Positions 1 to 13,235 of a stretch of 64,000 bases of DNA are shown piece by piece; position 1 is the stretch's first letter, and every line of letters starts with the position of its first letter. The notes under the pieces were generated by a model, which was not told the DNA's origin, did no database searches, and saw only the letters and a program-made list of their open reading frames with translations. The stretch is from Lytechinus pictus (lineage: Eukaryota). The stretch covers positions 25,050,001 through 25,114,000 of the forward strand of contig NC_087250.1 of the NCBI RefSeq assembly GCF_037042905.1, written 5' to 3'. The translations under genes and the position numbers were made by a program.

Positions 1-2610
1 TTTTTTTTACAAGGGAGGCAGGGACTAGAATAAAGTTAATTTAAATCTTCGTAGAAAAAGTCAAACCAGACAGATCTAGAATTTCATTTTTAGAAATCAA
101 GATCTAAGTTAGACCTATCCTAGGGCCTTACTTTTTAGTAAAAAAAGACTAATGTTAAAATCTGTCTCAAACCATTCCACAAGTGGGCAGTGGCAAATCT
201 ACCGATATCAATATCATTCCAAATAGATTTAGGCCTAGTTCATTTAAATAATTGATTTAAAATTAATTTATTTTTAAATGCAGAGAATTATATTGATTCA
301 TATAAAGATGGAATAGCGGTGTCAACAAATCAGTAGGCTCAGGCCCAACTTTCACTCAAGCTTGTCAGTGACATTAATTCCCAACACCTAATGACCTAGC
401 CTACATCGCCATCGGCAATTTCGCAGCCGGCTGGCACCGGCGGTATCAATGCCCATTTCCCGCTCTGACTATATTATTTGGCTTAGATTTAATGCAGCTT
501 TGCCGTTACTGAACAAGTCCACATCTACCCCTGATATATGACAGTATACTGAAATACAGATTTAATAAGGACGGACATGAAGCATTCTAATTAACCAACT
601 TAGTTCTACGAAAAACTATTATTTTCTGAGAAAATATGTCAGTCAGATCCGGAGTCAGATCTCAGACTCAGTAGGCCTAATGGAAATAAATATGGAAATT
701 GTGGTTTCCGTAGTAAACTACACAAAGTACATAAGACCCTGACTGCGACGCCGAACCCCAGCGGCAAACACATTACAATTACAACCGAGATCAAAGCACG
801 TAATTGAACTTAACTTACTTTTATTTGTATGGAATGCCATTACTTTGATGTAGATGTTGCCTCATAATTTTCTGCTCAACTGAATTTCACTCAGAAATCA
901 TGGTTCCGGATACTAATTCTATAAACAGATAATTAGTCTTGCTATCGTATTTCAAATGTTGAATTTCGCAGAGTAAAAAAGAACGACACTTCGCACAGAT
1001 ATCGTAGGGAATTGTGGGAAGGAAAAAAAATGTTTAATGCATGAGGACATGAATAAAACATTAGCGTTTTATCCAATCATACAGGTGCATTATGCGTATT
1101 TTGACGTCATTACTCATGAATTAAACATTGACCTTCCAAAATCAACCTTCAAATTGGCCAAATGGCAGCCATGTTTGTTATGTACAAAACCTATGGAAAA
1201 TCAAAAACGCGCGAAAAGAGTTCCCTCTCTAGCTCCCTTCGGGAGCTTACGTATACGTAAGATCGTATCTCTGTGGGTTAAATTTTGGAGGGCGCCGCCC
1301 CCAAATCAAACTTAGCTCGCTCACACGCAATCCTGGTGACGTCATGGTGACGGGTCGCGTGTGCAAAAGTTTGAATTTCCCCATTGACTTTATACACATA
1401 CAAACTCTGCAGTTCATGTGGAATACAAGGACAAAGTACGATATTTTCCCATTCAAAGAACAAGTAGAGGTAAGCCATTCGAAAATATAGAATACTAAAT
1501 AATTACTGACAAACAATTACCGATCCTTTTAATGCCAAATTTACCATAGCTACCTGAAATAACTCAATTTAGGGTGAAATTATCAGTCAAGAGGGATGCA
1601 TTATTGGGGCTTCGTAGGATCAACGGACGCGCTCGACGCACTCGCAATGGTATGTAGGGATTTTGATAGAGCAAATACCGAATGTACCGTTGTCCCTATT
1701 TTGAGCACCGGAACCCACCACACCAGCACCACGAGTATCGCGGATGATTCTTCCCGAAACTTCCCGGGAGGCATTCTTCATTGTGCTGTCGGGGGGCGGG
1801 CGCGGATCTCGAAACTGATCTGATTGAACACTCACACTCACAGACACAGTCACAGCATTACGAATATTACGAATTCAACGAATCCCATCCTTTGGGCCTA
1901 AGACCATCACCGCTAATCATTTTATAAACAGAGCGCTGGCAGCTGACGCCCATCAAGGCTCAAGCCGGTCGTAAAACACGCTCTCACTGATGGACAGCGG
2001 AAATCAATTGTTGTACGCTGCTCCTACCCATTGCCATTGGCATTGCGATGTTGTTCGTTCACTTTATCAAAAGCAACGCACAGCAGCGAACGTTAGCGCT
2101 ATGAAAATGATAGCAGAAACAAGAAAACAGGCGTGCATAAACGTATTTTTTACGTACATCGCAAACAACCACACATGAAATGCATTGACATCACCTTGCA
2201 GATCCGTATATCTACGGCAAAAAAGCAGTTGAAATTTGACGGAGAAATGTGCGGAAAAACGTTAAAATGCATCTTTTTCGGACAGTATTGATGTCAATAG
2301 TAGCGCTTACCTTCGGTCAGAAGTTGATTTTCATTTGGGCATAAAATTCCACAGGATTGATGAAATTTAACAGGATTTTTTTGATGGTCAGACGACAATC
2401 GCACATTATAGACAGCCTAAAATAATGTACTGAAAAACCAGATATGAATTGCGCATTGCATTCTAGGTAATGTAGGGACTTTCCCTATTGGCAATCGGGG
2501 CTAAAACATGACCGTCTTTGGTCGAAAGAGGGCCAGTGATCGATCGGTGACGATCAATGGCCGAAGGAGCTTGTGTAAACAATCGCCCCGGGCGGTCGTA
2601 GTAAAAATTT

Positions 2611-2690
2611 GATTCTGCGTCTATCAGTGTCAGCAAGGCTCCATGACTTCTTCATCATGGAGCCTTGCTGACACTGATAGACGCAGAATC
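2611..2690. repeat. Perfect palindrome, 36-bp arms and 8-nt loop
   Basis: gattctgcgtctatcagtgtcagcaaggctccatga-cttcttca-exact reverse complement. Confidence 0.95.
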
Positions 2691-2713
2691 GAATCGAGAC
2701 CTAGTAGACACCT

Positions 2714-2866
2714 GGGGAGCGTTTCATGAAAGGACTTGTCAGACGTTTTATCCGACAAGTCCCGTTTTATCCGACAGTTACCATAGTAACAGTGGCCCTC
2801 AGCCAATGCGAATCAAGGAAAGATGTCATATCTGACAACTTGTCGTACAAAAATGTTGATGAAACG
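2714..2866. mobile_element. MITE (Harbinger-like), truncated copy
   Basis: Inverted homolog of 62662-62818. Confidence 0.7.
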
Positions 2867-3469
2867 TTTGTTTCGAGGAGTTTTTAAACATTACATTTTT
2901 TTTTTCAATTTCTCCTCGTACACAGACGGCTCGCTAGCGTGCTGCCGCCACTAGGTGAGTTACAATGCAAAATCCCCCGACGGGGCTCATTGATTTTTGT
3001 CTTTATTTCATAAAATATATAAAAAGAACTGTACCAAAATAAAGCTTATTCCGTTTGGGCCTGAAATGCACCAAAACGGGAAAAATAAACTTAAAAGGGG
3101 AAAAAACAGTGACTTACTTTGGCTGTCGCGCAACTTCATTTCTCTGTTTTATCCGAACTTAATACATAAACATATGGCCATTGAGTCCCCTGTACAGATC
3201 ACGCTAGAACTTGGTCTCTGTATTTGGTGAGTGAAGCCAACGGAGTTCAGCGGAACAACCAACATAACAGAGACCGAAGCTTTTGGTCTAATACCTGGAT
3301 GGATTTCCCTCGTGAAATCGGTTTGTACGGGTGAATTTTATTGATATTTGAACCCGCTCACACATATTGTGAGGTAGTATTAGTATACTAACCTCGCACC
3401 ATGAACCGCGTTTGGCAGTGGATTTCTAACTACATGTAGTGGATCGCGCGTGCTGGGATCCCACTTCTT

Positions 3470-3618
3470 GGGCCCGTTGCATAAAACTTTTTACCTGAGA
3501 AAACTTTTACCGGAGTTTTTGCCCTGTGTTAAAGTCAATGGCAGAAATCAGACTAACCTTAGTTTTTAATAGTTTTTACCAGAGTTTTCTCAGGTAAAAA
3601 GTTTTATGCAACAGGCCC
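3470..3618. mobile_element. MITE with GGGCCCGTTGCA termini (Harbinger-like)
   Basis: TIRs ggcccgttgcataaaacttttt / aaaaagttttatgcaacaggccc; related termini at 27667-27811. Confidence 0.75.
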
Positions 3619-4112
3619 CTGGTGTCCACAAATTTTCTTGGCTTGAGTGATTTGAACCTTCAAACGCCTAGTGCGTATGAAGGTTCCAAAAAATGGGTTA
3701 ATATTAAATAAAAAAGTGAAAATTTTAAGTTTTCTTACCAGGCCGATCTCGTGTAGATCCCTCGATCCGTTTGTCAACAAAGCAAATTATACCATAGGTC
3801 TGACCCTTGAACCGCTTCGTTATGACGTACATTCGATTAGCGATGTTACAAAATGCCGTTTTGAAGAACAATTTAGAGATACAAATTATGAATAATTATT
3901 ATTTGAATGAACCCTTGAGTGTGTTTGAAGTGCAGCTGTGACTGAGTGTGTAGAATGAGCGGCTGAGGTTGAGAGCTCTGCCTCTGACTCGGTCTGAGAT
4001 GAGGTGTGCCAATTATCAACTCTCTCCACAATCTGAACTTTTTAACTCCTTCTTCAGCGTTAGCCATTATCTTCAGACACTCACTTTTATTTAACTCATC
4101 ATTATATTGTAT

Positions 4113-5841
4113 TAGGAGTGGGCTATATACATGGGTCAAAAATACTTTTTTTGTAATTTCAATATGACAACAGTTTTTTTTTATTCCTTGTAATGTATCT
4201 CAACATGAAATGACAATATTTTTTGTCTCGGGTCCGAGAAAAAAGTGTGCCGGGCCAAAATCCAAAATGGCCGCCAAAACCCCCCAAAATCACAGTTTTG
4301 GCCACAACTTCTTTATTTGGTGGTCTTTTTCTCTGGTTTTGGTGTCTATTCATATGCTTTGGGGGGCAGGCAATTAGTTTTTCCTATGATTAGTACTTTT
4401 AAACCATTATTTGTAGAGTTAAAAGGTAATTATACCTAAATTTTCACATTTTTATAGTTTTTTTTCAGCCAAAAAGTAGGTTTTATCGTCCTGGGGTTCT
4501 TGGATATTAGATGGTACGAGGTCAACAATAGAAAGCAGCTTCATATAGCTATATTGCTTTTATTCCTCTACTTTGAGTTTTACGGATATTTGTGAAATAT
4601 ATATCTTATTAAATAAAAAATGTCAATTATCCATTGGGCCTATACAATACATGTATACAATGTACTGTACATACTGCACTGCATAAATGCATTGGCCACC
4701 ATGACAGCTAACAAGGCCTGTATAAACTATAGTGTCATAGAAGTGACCTCTCAGGTTTAGAATTAGATGCCTCAGAAATTGAAGATATGTTTTGTCTCAG
4801 AAATTGAGGACGTTTTGTCAAATACGGTATGCTAATTCAGGGGGCGGAGAGAGGTAATTAACCCCACATCATGGCATTTTAGCTATTCTGATCCACGTTG
4901 CATAAAGATTTACCATTATGTTAACTTAACTTAATGGTAACTTGCATGGAATCCTTGATTCTGATTTGCTGTTGATCAGCGTTACCATGATAGTTAACTG
5001 ACCCCATAAATATAGGCCAGTTTAGACACCACAACCAGGTAAAAAAAGGCCTCCAAATGGAGAAGATATAGATATGGTTAAAAATGTGATGTACTGTACG
5101 TATATGATATGTGATATTTTTGTGCAATTTACGTTGCTGGTTTCATCATGTATTATATATCAGCTGACAAGCAATCAAATTCACAATCTAATTCTAAACA
5201 TTAGGAGCCCCTTTCTATGACACTATATAGTTTATATACATGTACAGTCCTTTTCATATGTCATGGTGGTCATTGCATGGATATACGCAGTGTAGTATGT
5301 ACAGTAAATCGTATACCGTATAGCCCCTATGGATATATGACATTTTCTTTTATTTGATAAGATATATTTCACAAATATCCGTAAAACCCAAAGTAGAGGA
5401 ATAAAATCAATATAGCTATATAAAGCTGACTGCTACTGTTCAACTGGTATCGTCTAATATTCAAGAACCACATAACGATGAAACTTACTTTTTGGCTAAA
5501 AAAAATGGCTTTAAAAATTGGTAAATTTAAGTAAAATCACCTTATAACTCTACAAATAATGATTTGAAAGTACTTAGTTTAGGAAAAACAAGTTACCTGC
5601 CCCCAGAAACATATGAATAGACACCAAAACCAGAGAAAAAGACCATCAAATTAAAAAGTTGTGGCCCAAAATGTGATTTTGGGGGGTTTTGGCGGCCATT
5701 TTGGATTTTGGCCCGGCACACTTTTTTCTCGGACCCGAGACAAAAAATATTGTCATTTCATGTTGAGATAAGGTAAAAGGAACACAAAAAAAACTGTTGT
5801 CACAGTAAAACAAAAAATCAACCATTTATAGCCCACTCCTA
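4113..5841. mobile_element. Foldback-type non-autonomous DNA transposon with very long TIRs
   Basis: TAGGAGTGGGCTATA...TATAGCCCACTCCTA; ~640-bp imperfect inverted arms; flanking 7-bp direct repeat ATTGTAT. Confidence 0.88.
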
Positions 5842-6853
5842 ATTGTATTGTGCTTTCCAACTTACTTTTCTAATTTTCATTTCCTTTTGGAGTAGAGTCT
5901 AACATTAGATGATTTTGACTTTTGTTTTTTCATTTATTTTTCCCAACTTCCCAAATAAATCTTGGAAGCTCATTTTTATCATGTAGACCTCTAGACCTAT
6001 ATAATAGAAAAAAAAACTAATTAAAAGGCCTAAGTACTAGTCACTGATTTCTTTAGACTGATACTCATTATTGGAAAGGGGGGGGGCAATATTTTCCATG
6101 TATGGTAGTGGATCGTATTACCGAACATTTTTCATGAATTCAATCATGTCAAACACATTATTCTCATAAAATTCACCAAACTTTCAATTACCTAAAATAT
6201 AAATACCTAAAATTTTTGCCAAAATCGTTTTTCCTTTTTACGATATTAGCTTCCAATCAGACCCCTCTTCGCATGTGAAATATTTTGGTCACTTGAAAAA
6301 GGTATCGTATTACAGAACGTGTGTTTTCTATGGGAAAAGTTGAGAAAACAACAAAATTACTGATGAGCTATTTTACCATATTTTATTATTTTTGGAATAT
6401 TAATACTTTGAAAATGTGTTTTGGACCATTTTTCATCATCTTTCTATTCAAGTTCCCTTTGGAAGAATGTTGCAAAGTATGAAATTATTTTGTGACGCCA
6501 CGATGCGCGCGTTCGGTAATACAAGGCCGGTCGGTGATACAATCACTCACTATACTATCTGCTCATCAATATCACATTTTTTCATTTGCCACCAAATCCA
6601 AAAATTAATTCCCTTTTGCAATTGCAAGTACCGGTAATGAAAACAAAATTGAAGACAGTTGTCTCCCAAATTGAAGACTTTCACTGAAATTACATGCAGG
6701 CGCCATAATTCTTACAAAAGTCTTGCATATTTATGACATTGCTCCGGTCTGATTTGATTATCAGAAAAAAAAAGTTTAGCTTAATTAATCCTACCCATTT
6801 TTTTTTTTTTTTTTTTTTCTCTGTCCCTCATTTGCAGATACCAAAATCTAAAG

Positions 6854-6904
6854 ATGTCATTCAAGAGAGAAGGAGATGATGGTTCACAGTTGAACCTTCT
6901 TAAG
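6854..6904 (+). CDS. SCNM1: Sodium channel modifier 1 (minor-spliceosome zinc-finger protein), coding exon 1 (exon starts at 6838 in the 5'UTR)
   Basis: Translates MSFKREGDDGSQLNLLK, nearly identical to the recalled human SCNM1 N-terminus. Preceded by a polypyrimidine tract and cag (6837); followed by a GT donor, phase 0. Confidence 0.93.
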
Positions 6905-8130
6905 GTTTGTATTGCAGGTTATTAAATGAAGTATAATAAATTATAATGAAAAATTAAGTTATCACTTTGTTTTGTTTAGGCCTATGTACAATTTTCTATT
7001 GTATTTTTTCATCTTTGTGTATTTTTATTTATAAAGCCATTTGTTATTGGAAACCAAATTTCTTTTTATGCATACATTGACCAATAAAATAATCTTCAAT
7101 CTCATTTTATATACAAGGAAAAAAATGCCCAGGGACTCGGGGATGATTCCCTCTGAACAAAAGTATAAAGCGCCTAAAAAACAAAGCAAAAAGGCCCTAG
7201 ATTGCTTGAAATTCCCATTTAGGTCCAATGTAATCATAATGGTGTAGCAAATTTTGGCTGATGATCTCAACAAGGAGCATTGTCATTATCATGGGCAGAA
7301 ATCCCAGATGGGACATGTCCCCCCTACTCAAAATAGTAGGGGGGGGGGGACACACTATCAAATGTCCCCTTACTATTTGTGGTCTTTTATGATAAAAAGA
7401 AATGCGTCATTCAAAATCAAAATAAAACATGTATTTTAGGACGAAATGGTATTATAACCTTTTATTTTTTGCTTGTCAAATTTATTTTCGTCCAAATGAC
7501 CTTAAATTTGGGGTGATAACATTTTTTTGTTTGCTTGTCAAATTTTCCAGCCCTTGTCCCCTACCTTTTGGGAGAGATTTCCGCCCCTGGTCATTACAAA
7601 GTGAAAACCATGCTTGTACACAAAGTATTGTTTTTCACAGACAGGCATACATTAAAATAGGTATATCATCAATATTGAAGGGAAAAGGGTATACTTTTCA
7701 ATCATATATCAACTTATCACAAAAAGTAGAATATTTAAAGCATTACTTGGTGTTAATATTTTTGTGTAGGGTACTCTGAAATAGGATGATTACTAAACTC
7801 TATTTTGAAAGTCCATATTGTATATCGTAAGTTGATGTACATAATTGATGAATTCTATATTTAAACCCTACAACTCTGTACACTGTACTGATCTACATGA
7901 TTTTGTATTATTGTAATGAGATTGTAAATTGGACTTTTCAGCTCTGTTGTTAGCAGATGTGTACTATATACCAACATATAAAATAATAAATGAAATAAAT
8001 ATAGGGTCCACCTTGTAATGAGTGTAAGATCCCCCACCCAGGCTTCGTAGAGAAAATGAATTTTTTATCTTAACCAGTGTGTCTGTGTTAAAAAGTTTAA
8101 TATTATTTTTATTTGTGTTTTAATTTGTAG

Positions 8131-8201
8131 AAACGGAGAGTAGCTGAACTGTTGGCTAAGGATATCCCAGATGATGAAGCAATGCTTATGAGCAATGGAA
8201 G
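8131..8201 (+). CDS. SCNM1: SCNM1 coding exon 2
   Basis: tttgtag|KRRVAELLAKDIPDDEAMLMSNG(R)|gttggt; matches the SCNM1 KRRV..LLA..IP.DEA motif; phase compatible with neighbours. Confidence 0.93.
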
Positions 8202-8826
8202 GTTGGTATGTCAGGCAAACTCAAATGGAGTCGAGGCTGGCCTCAAGGCCACTTTTGGTCGGCCTTGACCTCGATCGGGCCCAGTAGTATGAAGAGAGTC
8301 AAGGGAAGACACTTTCACCTGGAGAAATGACTCCTGATGATTGCAAGTATGTGTTTGCCATTGTCTGATGAAATATTGAATGCTTGGGATTTTATTGAAT
8401 TATTTTCAAATTCCTGAAAATATATATATATAATTTTAATATGTCAAATGACATGTGGGGAAGCTGCTTACTTTTTATGTCATAAAACAAAAAAACTGAA
8501 ATGTCCCATTCTTAGATTGATTTTTGCCAAACCATTGTCAAAGGGTTTTTTTTTTTTTTTTTGCTCTAGCTCAAATTTATTTACACAGATTTACATTATT
8601 ATGGCTAACTTCCCTAGTATGGCGTCCTGTCATCAGTCAATTCTTGATAAAGCTGGTTGTAAGAGAAAAACATGGTAAATGGTGAGGGTTTTTGCTAAGA
8701 AAGCATTAATTCCTATAAGCAAGCAACCAGAGGACCGACGGTTTAACGTCCTGTCCGAGATGATTAAGAACACTATCAGAACAAAGTTATTGCTTAATTA
8801 CTGCTTTTTATCATTTGAACACCCAG

Positions 8827-8915
8827 GTATGCGTGTACGGTTTGCCATTATAAACCAGTCTTCGACACCGTTGATATGCTGACAGTTCACCGAGCTGGAA
8901 AGAAACATCATCATG
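8827..8915 (+). CDS. SCNM1: SCNM1 coding exon 3 (matrin-type C2H2 zinc finger)
   Basis: ccag|(R)YACTVCHYKPVFDTVDMLTVHRAGKKHHH|gtatgt; CxxC...HRAGKKH zinc finger of SCNM1. Confidence 0.93.
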
Positions 8916-9290
8916 GTATGTACTGTGTCACCTCTTCTAATATAAATGCATTAAAGGATCCCTGTAATACACTGTGCTAAATATAACTCGGTGTCTAGAT
9001 ATTTAAAAAAATATTTGTTATACATATTTATATATATAGGTATCTATATTGCAAAATAAGTATAAAAGGTAATTTAAGCACATCTAATTTGCCTTTTTGA
9101 TTTGAAGCGACAAAAAATCACTTTGCAAATAGTGTATGATGGTAGAATACATAAAAACAATTACTGTTAAAGCTATAAAAAATGGGTTATATTTATAAAA
9201 AAATAAATAAATAAGGGAATTACTCCAAGTATAAAAGGTTTTTAATTATTCAAATACATCATTTAATTTTGTTATCCCTTTTTTCTGTAG

Positions 9291-9394
9291 CTACTGAAAA
9301 TCATTTTGCAAAGAAGAGAGAGCTCGCTTTGCTGGTCAGAGAGAGAAGACAAGAAGAAGAGATCAAGAGAGAGAGTGAGGAAGGAAAGAATCAG
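9291..9394 (+). CDS. SCNM1: SCNM1 coding exon 4
   Basis: tttctgtag|(A)TENHFAKKRELALLVRERRQEEEIKRESEEGKNQ|gtaat; open frame with matching phases. Confidence 0.85.
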
Positions 9395-9975
9395 GTAATA
9401 ATAGATCTATACCCTAGCCATATGATCAATGGGTACGTTGGGTGAGCACCCCCACCCCTCTTGGAAAAGTAAATACCAAAAAAGGGAATTGTCGCCTGTT
9501 TTGGGAATTCAAATGCTTTTGTGTTTAGAAAATGTTTGACGAGGTAATGTTGAGCCTTCCACATTTGACCTTTTTTTTTATTGACAAAAAACAAATTTTT
9601 CACAAAGTGGACCCCCTAATAATCTTGTACAAACTTAAATATATAGTATCTGACATGCAGGCAGACTTCCATAAGTTGAACTTCTATATGTATATTCACC
9701 CAATTGAAGACATGTTTATACCAGATTTTGCAAAGCCTGTGTTGTATACCTTATTTCATTTTGAATTTCAATGAAGTCAAACAATTTTCAATGATCTCAA
9801 TATAATAAGTTTAGGCAAATTTACTTGTATATTCAATGTACAGAGAGACTCTAGTTGAAATTGTGAATGAAGATGAGATGAATAGCACTATGACATCTTA
9901 TCCAGAATAACAAAACAGGATGCAGAAATTATGAAATCATAATTATTACTTATTTTGTTTGTTTTTCTAATAAAG

Positions 9976-10079
9976 GAAACTGAGCCATCCCCCCTACTGC
10001 TGAAAGTGGAAGCGGCCAAAAGGCACACACTGTTGAAGGAAGCCCCATACAATCCTTGTCATACACACAGAAATGAAGG
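9976..10079 (+). CDS. SCNM1: SCNM1 coding exon 5
   Basis: aag|ETEPSPLLLKVEAAKRHTLLKEAPYNPCHTHRNE(G)|gtgagt; similar to the SCNM1 'PLL...L..AP.YNSC' segment. Confidence 0.85.
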
Positions 10080-10334
10080 GTGAGTCTACTTTCTAAAGGG
10101 AGATTATTGTCTTGTTACAGAGGGGCTATTTTTATTTCTTTCACAGGTAATTTATCAGGGAATTATTATAATACAATCTGTTGCATTTATGATATGCTAC
10201 ACTGGTCTTTCACCAAATGCCCATACTCTCACATTTGTAAGCCTTTTATTATAAAATGCAAGACTGATAGTGATTGTCTATTCTCGTGCTAAATGAGGAC
10301 CGAGTAGAAGTGAATTTTCTGTAAATGCTTTAAT

Positions 10335-10625
10335 ATCGACAAAGCGGCTGTTTGCTATTCCTCCCATTGTAACCAAAACGTATGGTGAGCGCTCATTTGC
10401 ACATGCCTCTTCGGTCTTATGGAATGCACTTCCTAATTATGTGAGAAATATACATGATTTAGATTTGTATAAGACTTCCCTAAAAAAGTATCTGTTTTAC
10501 TTGTAATGAATTCAGTGCCCAGCACTCTTTACTTGCTTTCTAATTTCTTTCGTTAGTTTCATCCAAGTGCATAGGGACATGCGTAGCTATGTGTTATGTG
10601 CTATAAAAGAACTGAATATTATTAA
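10335..10625 (+). mobile_element. L2/CR1 LINE 3' remnant in SCNM1 intron 5
   Basis: Translates YGERSFAHASSVLWNALPNYVR...KTSLKKYLF*, a typical L2 ORF2 C-terminus, followed by a tail. Confidence 0.75.
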
Positions 10626-10977
10626 TGTAAATCTACGAAGGTCAGATTTACAAATATATCTTGCTGACGAGTCCAAATGATTGAGAACTTGATATAGAAG
10701 TCGAGAACATGTGCATAAAATCATTTACAAACAGTTTTATGAAACACCACCGAGATTATTTAATAACATGTGTTACATCATGTAAACTTGCATACATATA
10801 AGGCATAGGCCAACCTTCTATAAGTCGAGTATTTGCCTGAAAGTCAAAGCAATTCTTTAGATATCATTATGCAAAACATGTTTTTTAGGCTTACATGATA
10901 TTTTCAACAGATTTCCGTCGTCCCACTAGAAACGATTTAGGCAGAGTCACCTCTATTTTTTTAATTCATCTTTACAG

Positions 10978-11982
10978 ACCTCAAAAGAAGTCAAAGAACA
11001 AGCTATTCTTCCAATCCATTCGGCAGATCATTTCTACCAATCAGACGGCAGGGAATTCAAGTCTAGCCAATCAGGACCAAGATCTATCACATTCTTCCCA
11101 TGAACATGCTACAACTCTTGCTGCTCAACAGACTCCTCAACCAAGCTTTTCTAATGATCACCATCATGTTGCTATTGCCGGCCCTACAACTGCTCCTCGA
11201 AAGGCAGGTTTCAAGCCTGGTTTAAAGCCTAACCTACAGGCTCGAGCTCCAGGAGTTTCTAGCTTTCAAATCAGACCATACGTATCAAAAGCAAAGAGGA
11301 ATGCAATAAATGATAAACCATGCTCTTCAAAACAACCAGATCATAAACCTACTTCAGGAAATCCAGAAACAACCTCATCCCCAGGTCCCTACAATGAATC
11401 ATCCCTTTCAGTTCAAGATCAGTCGTCTGGAGGTGAGGTTGAGAACTCAGTTGAATTCATAAGGGAATTCCAAAGTACACAGAACTCAGATGTTTATGAC
11501 AATGCCAGCATTACCAAGGTTAGACAGGTAAAAAATGAGAGGACCATGAAAGCAACTCCAGGCAGCTTCTTCCAGAGGGAATCAACAAGTGGCAACATGC
11601 AACAGTATTCCAGGTTAGATGTAGATGGTGGAGAGAAGGGTTCCAGGCAGCATGGACAAGGACCTGCACCGAAGCCTGAGTTTGTGAGGGGTTTCCAGGT
11701 GAGCGGCCAAAGGACTTCCCTTGAGCCTCAGGATGTGAGGGGTTTCCAGGAGTGTGGCAAAGGGACACTCCAACACCCTCAGGGTGTGAGGGGTATCCAG
11801 AGGTGCGGCCAAGGGTCTTCCCTGGAGCCTCAGGGTTTGAAGGATCTCCAAGAGTGCAGGAGAGGGGCCAGAGTAGAGGAACAGAGGACTAAACAAAGAC
11901 TGGTAAAGACAAAGCAGAAGAGCAAATCAAAGATGACAGATGAGAAGAAGAAAGAACTCCAGAGATACTTAGATTTTACCAG
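10978..11982 (+). CDS. SCNM1: SCNM1 coding exon 6 (1005 nt, low-complexity, 17-aa repeats)
   Basis: tttacag acceptor inside ORF 10895-11992 and donor ag|gtatgt. Ends KMTDEKKKELQRYLDFT, equivalent to the SCNM1 'MSPTRRRALDHYLTLR' segment. Confidence 0.85.
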
Positions 11983-13147
11983 GTATGTATAAAGTACCGA
12001 AGCAATGATGTCACCAAATAATTTCTTCACATTTCACTGGTTTTAGTACCACATTTTGACAAAGCATGAAAGACATCAAGCATCTACATTGGGTGGGAAT
12101 CGGTCTATTAGGGCCCAAAGTGTGACTGTAAGTCCTCTCGCTTTGCCTCATTGAAATTAATCAGTATAAATCTTACAAAGAACTAAGCTATTTACATTGA
12201 TTTCATTAGGGCCTATTGGTCACTCATTTGACCATACCTTGGGCCACCATGAACAAATTTGTGTTAAATTGGTGAGTGGATGTTAGTCATCATGCTGTCC
12301 CAACATTTGGTTATGAATATGCTGTATTGCACAAAGAGAAAATTATGATGTCACACTGCGGGAGTCTATAATAACACTTTTCCAGTTGATGACTATCTTT
12401 ATAAGTGGAGATGGAGAGTAGGAGGGTTGGACTAGGGTTGGAGGATGCGCTTGAATCATGCAGAGTAGAGGAAGGAGGAAAGGTCAATAGACCAGTTCGT
12501 AGTTACTTCATGGACAATTTTGGTCAAATGACCTTTTATTTCTTTCATTATGATAGGCAGATTTCAAACTCAAAGCAAGATATTATGTAAGCATGCTGTA
12601 CATAGCAAGATGAAGAAATTGAATAGATCAGGTGACTAGAATAGCACATCAATGAACACTCTATGAAGGTAGTTGTTGCAGTCCTACTTTGAATGCATAA
12701 TAGGGCATGTTGTACAATTAAATTGGCAAAGAGTGAATTACCAGTCGTTCGTGGATGCATTGCTGTTTTTTGTGGATGTAAATGAAAAAACACAATCCAA
12801 AAGAATATATGAATAATCAAGACATCAAATATGGTACTTAAAATTTAAACCACTATGTCACTTTAGTACCAATGACCTTCCTCAGATCATGCGCAGAGTG
12901 GAACTACGAACTGGCTTTTTGCTATGAGTGTTAGAGGAAGCCGCCAAGCCGGCATCCCCGGTTGTCTTGGGCACAAAAGCGGAATTAATCATTTGACAAC
13001 TTTTTTTAGCTGATTGACTCACTGTCTTGGCGCTTTCATTGATTGTAAACTGAAATGGAATTCTGGATTTCATCCTCCTAGTAAATCCCTTTCTTACTTT
13101 CACTCATGTTGTTCTTGTTTTATTTTGTATCGCCTTTGTTTTGACAG

Positions 13148-13235
13148 TTTTGGCTGGGTCCAAGACAACGGAGGTAACTGGGTCAAAGGTCAGGATGTGG
13201 AGTTTGATTCGGATGAAGAGCCACCAACATCTTAG
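13148..13235 (+). CDS. SCNM1: SCNM1 terminal coding exon 7 (acidic C-terminal domain)
   Basis: ttgacag|(S)FGWVQDNGGNWVKGQDVEFDSDEEPPTS*; conserved GW..D..G.WVK...VEFDSDEE motif. Joined CDS is 1512 nt, in frame. Confidence 0.93.

Noticed and set aside
10895..11992. Stand-alone 365-aa gene
   Set aside because: It is SCNM1 exon 6 plus intronic flanks; splice sites and phases fit.
6904..13148. U12-type introns in SCNM1 (possible autoregulation)
   Set aside because: All six donors are U2-like (gtttgt, gttggt, gtatgt, gtaata, gtgagt, gtatgt); none has RTATCCTT.
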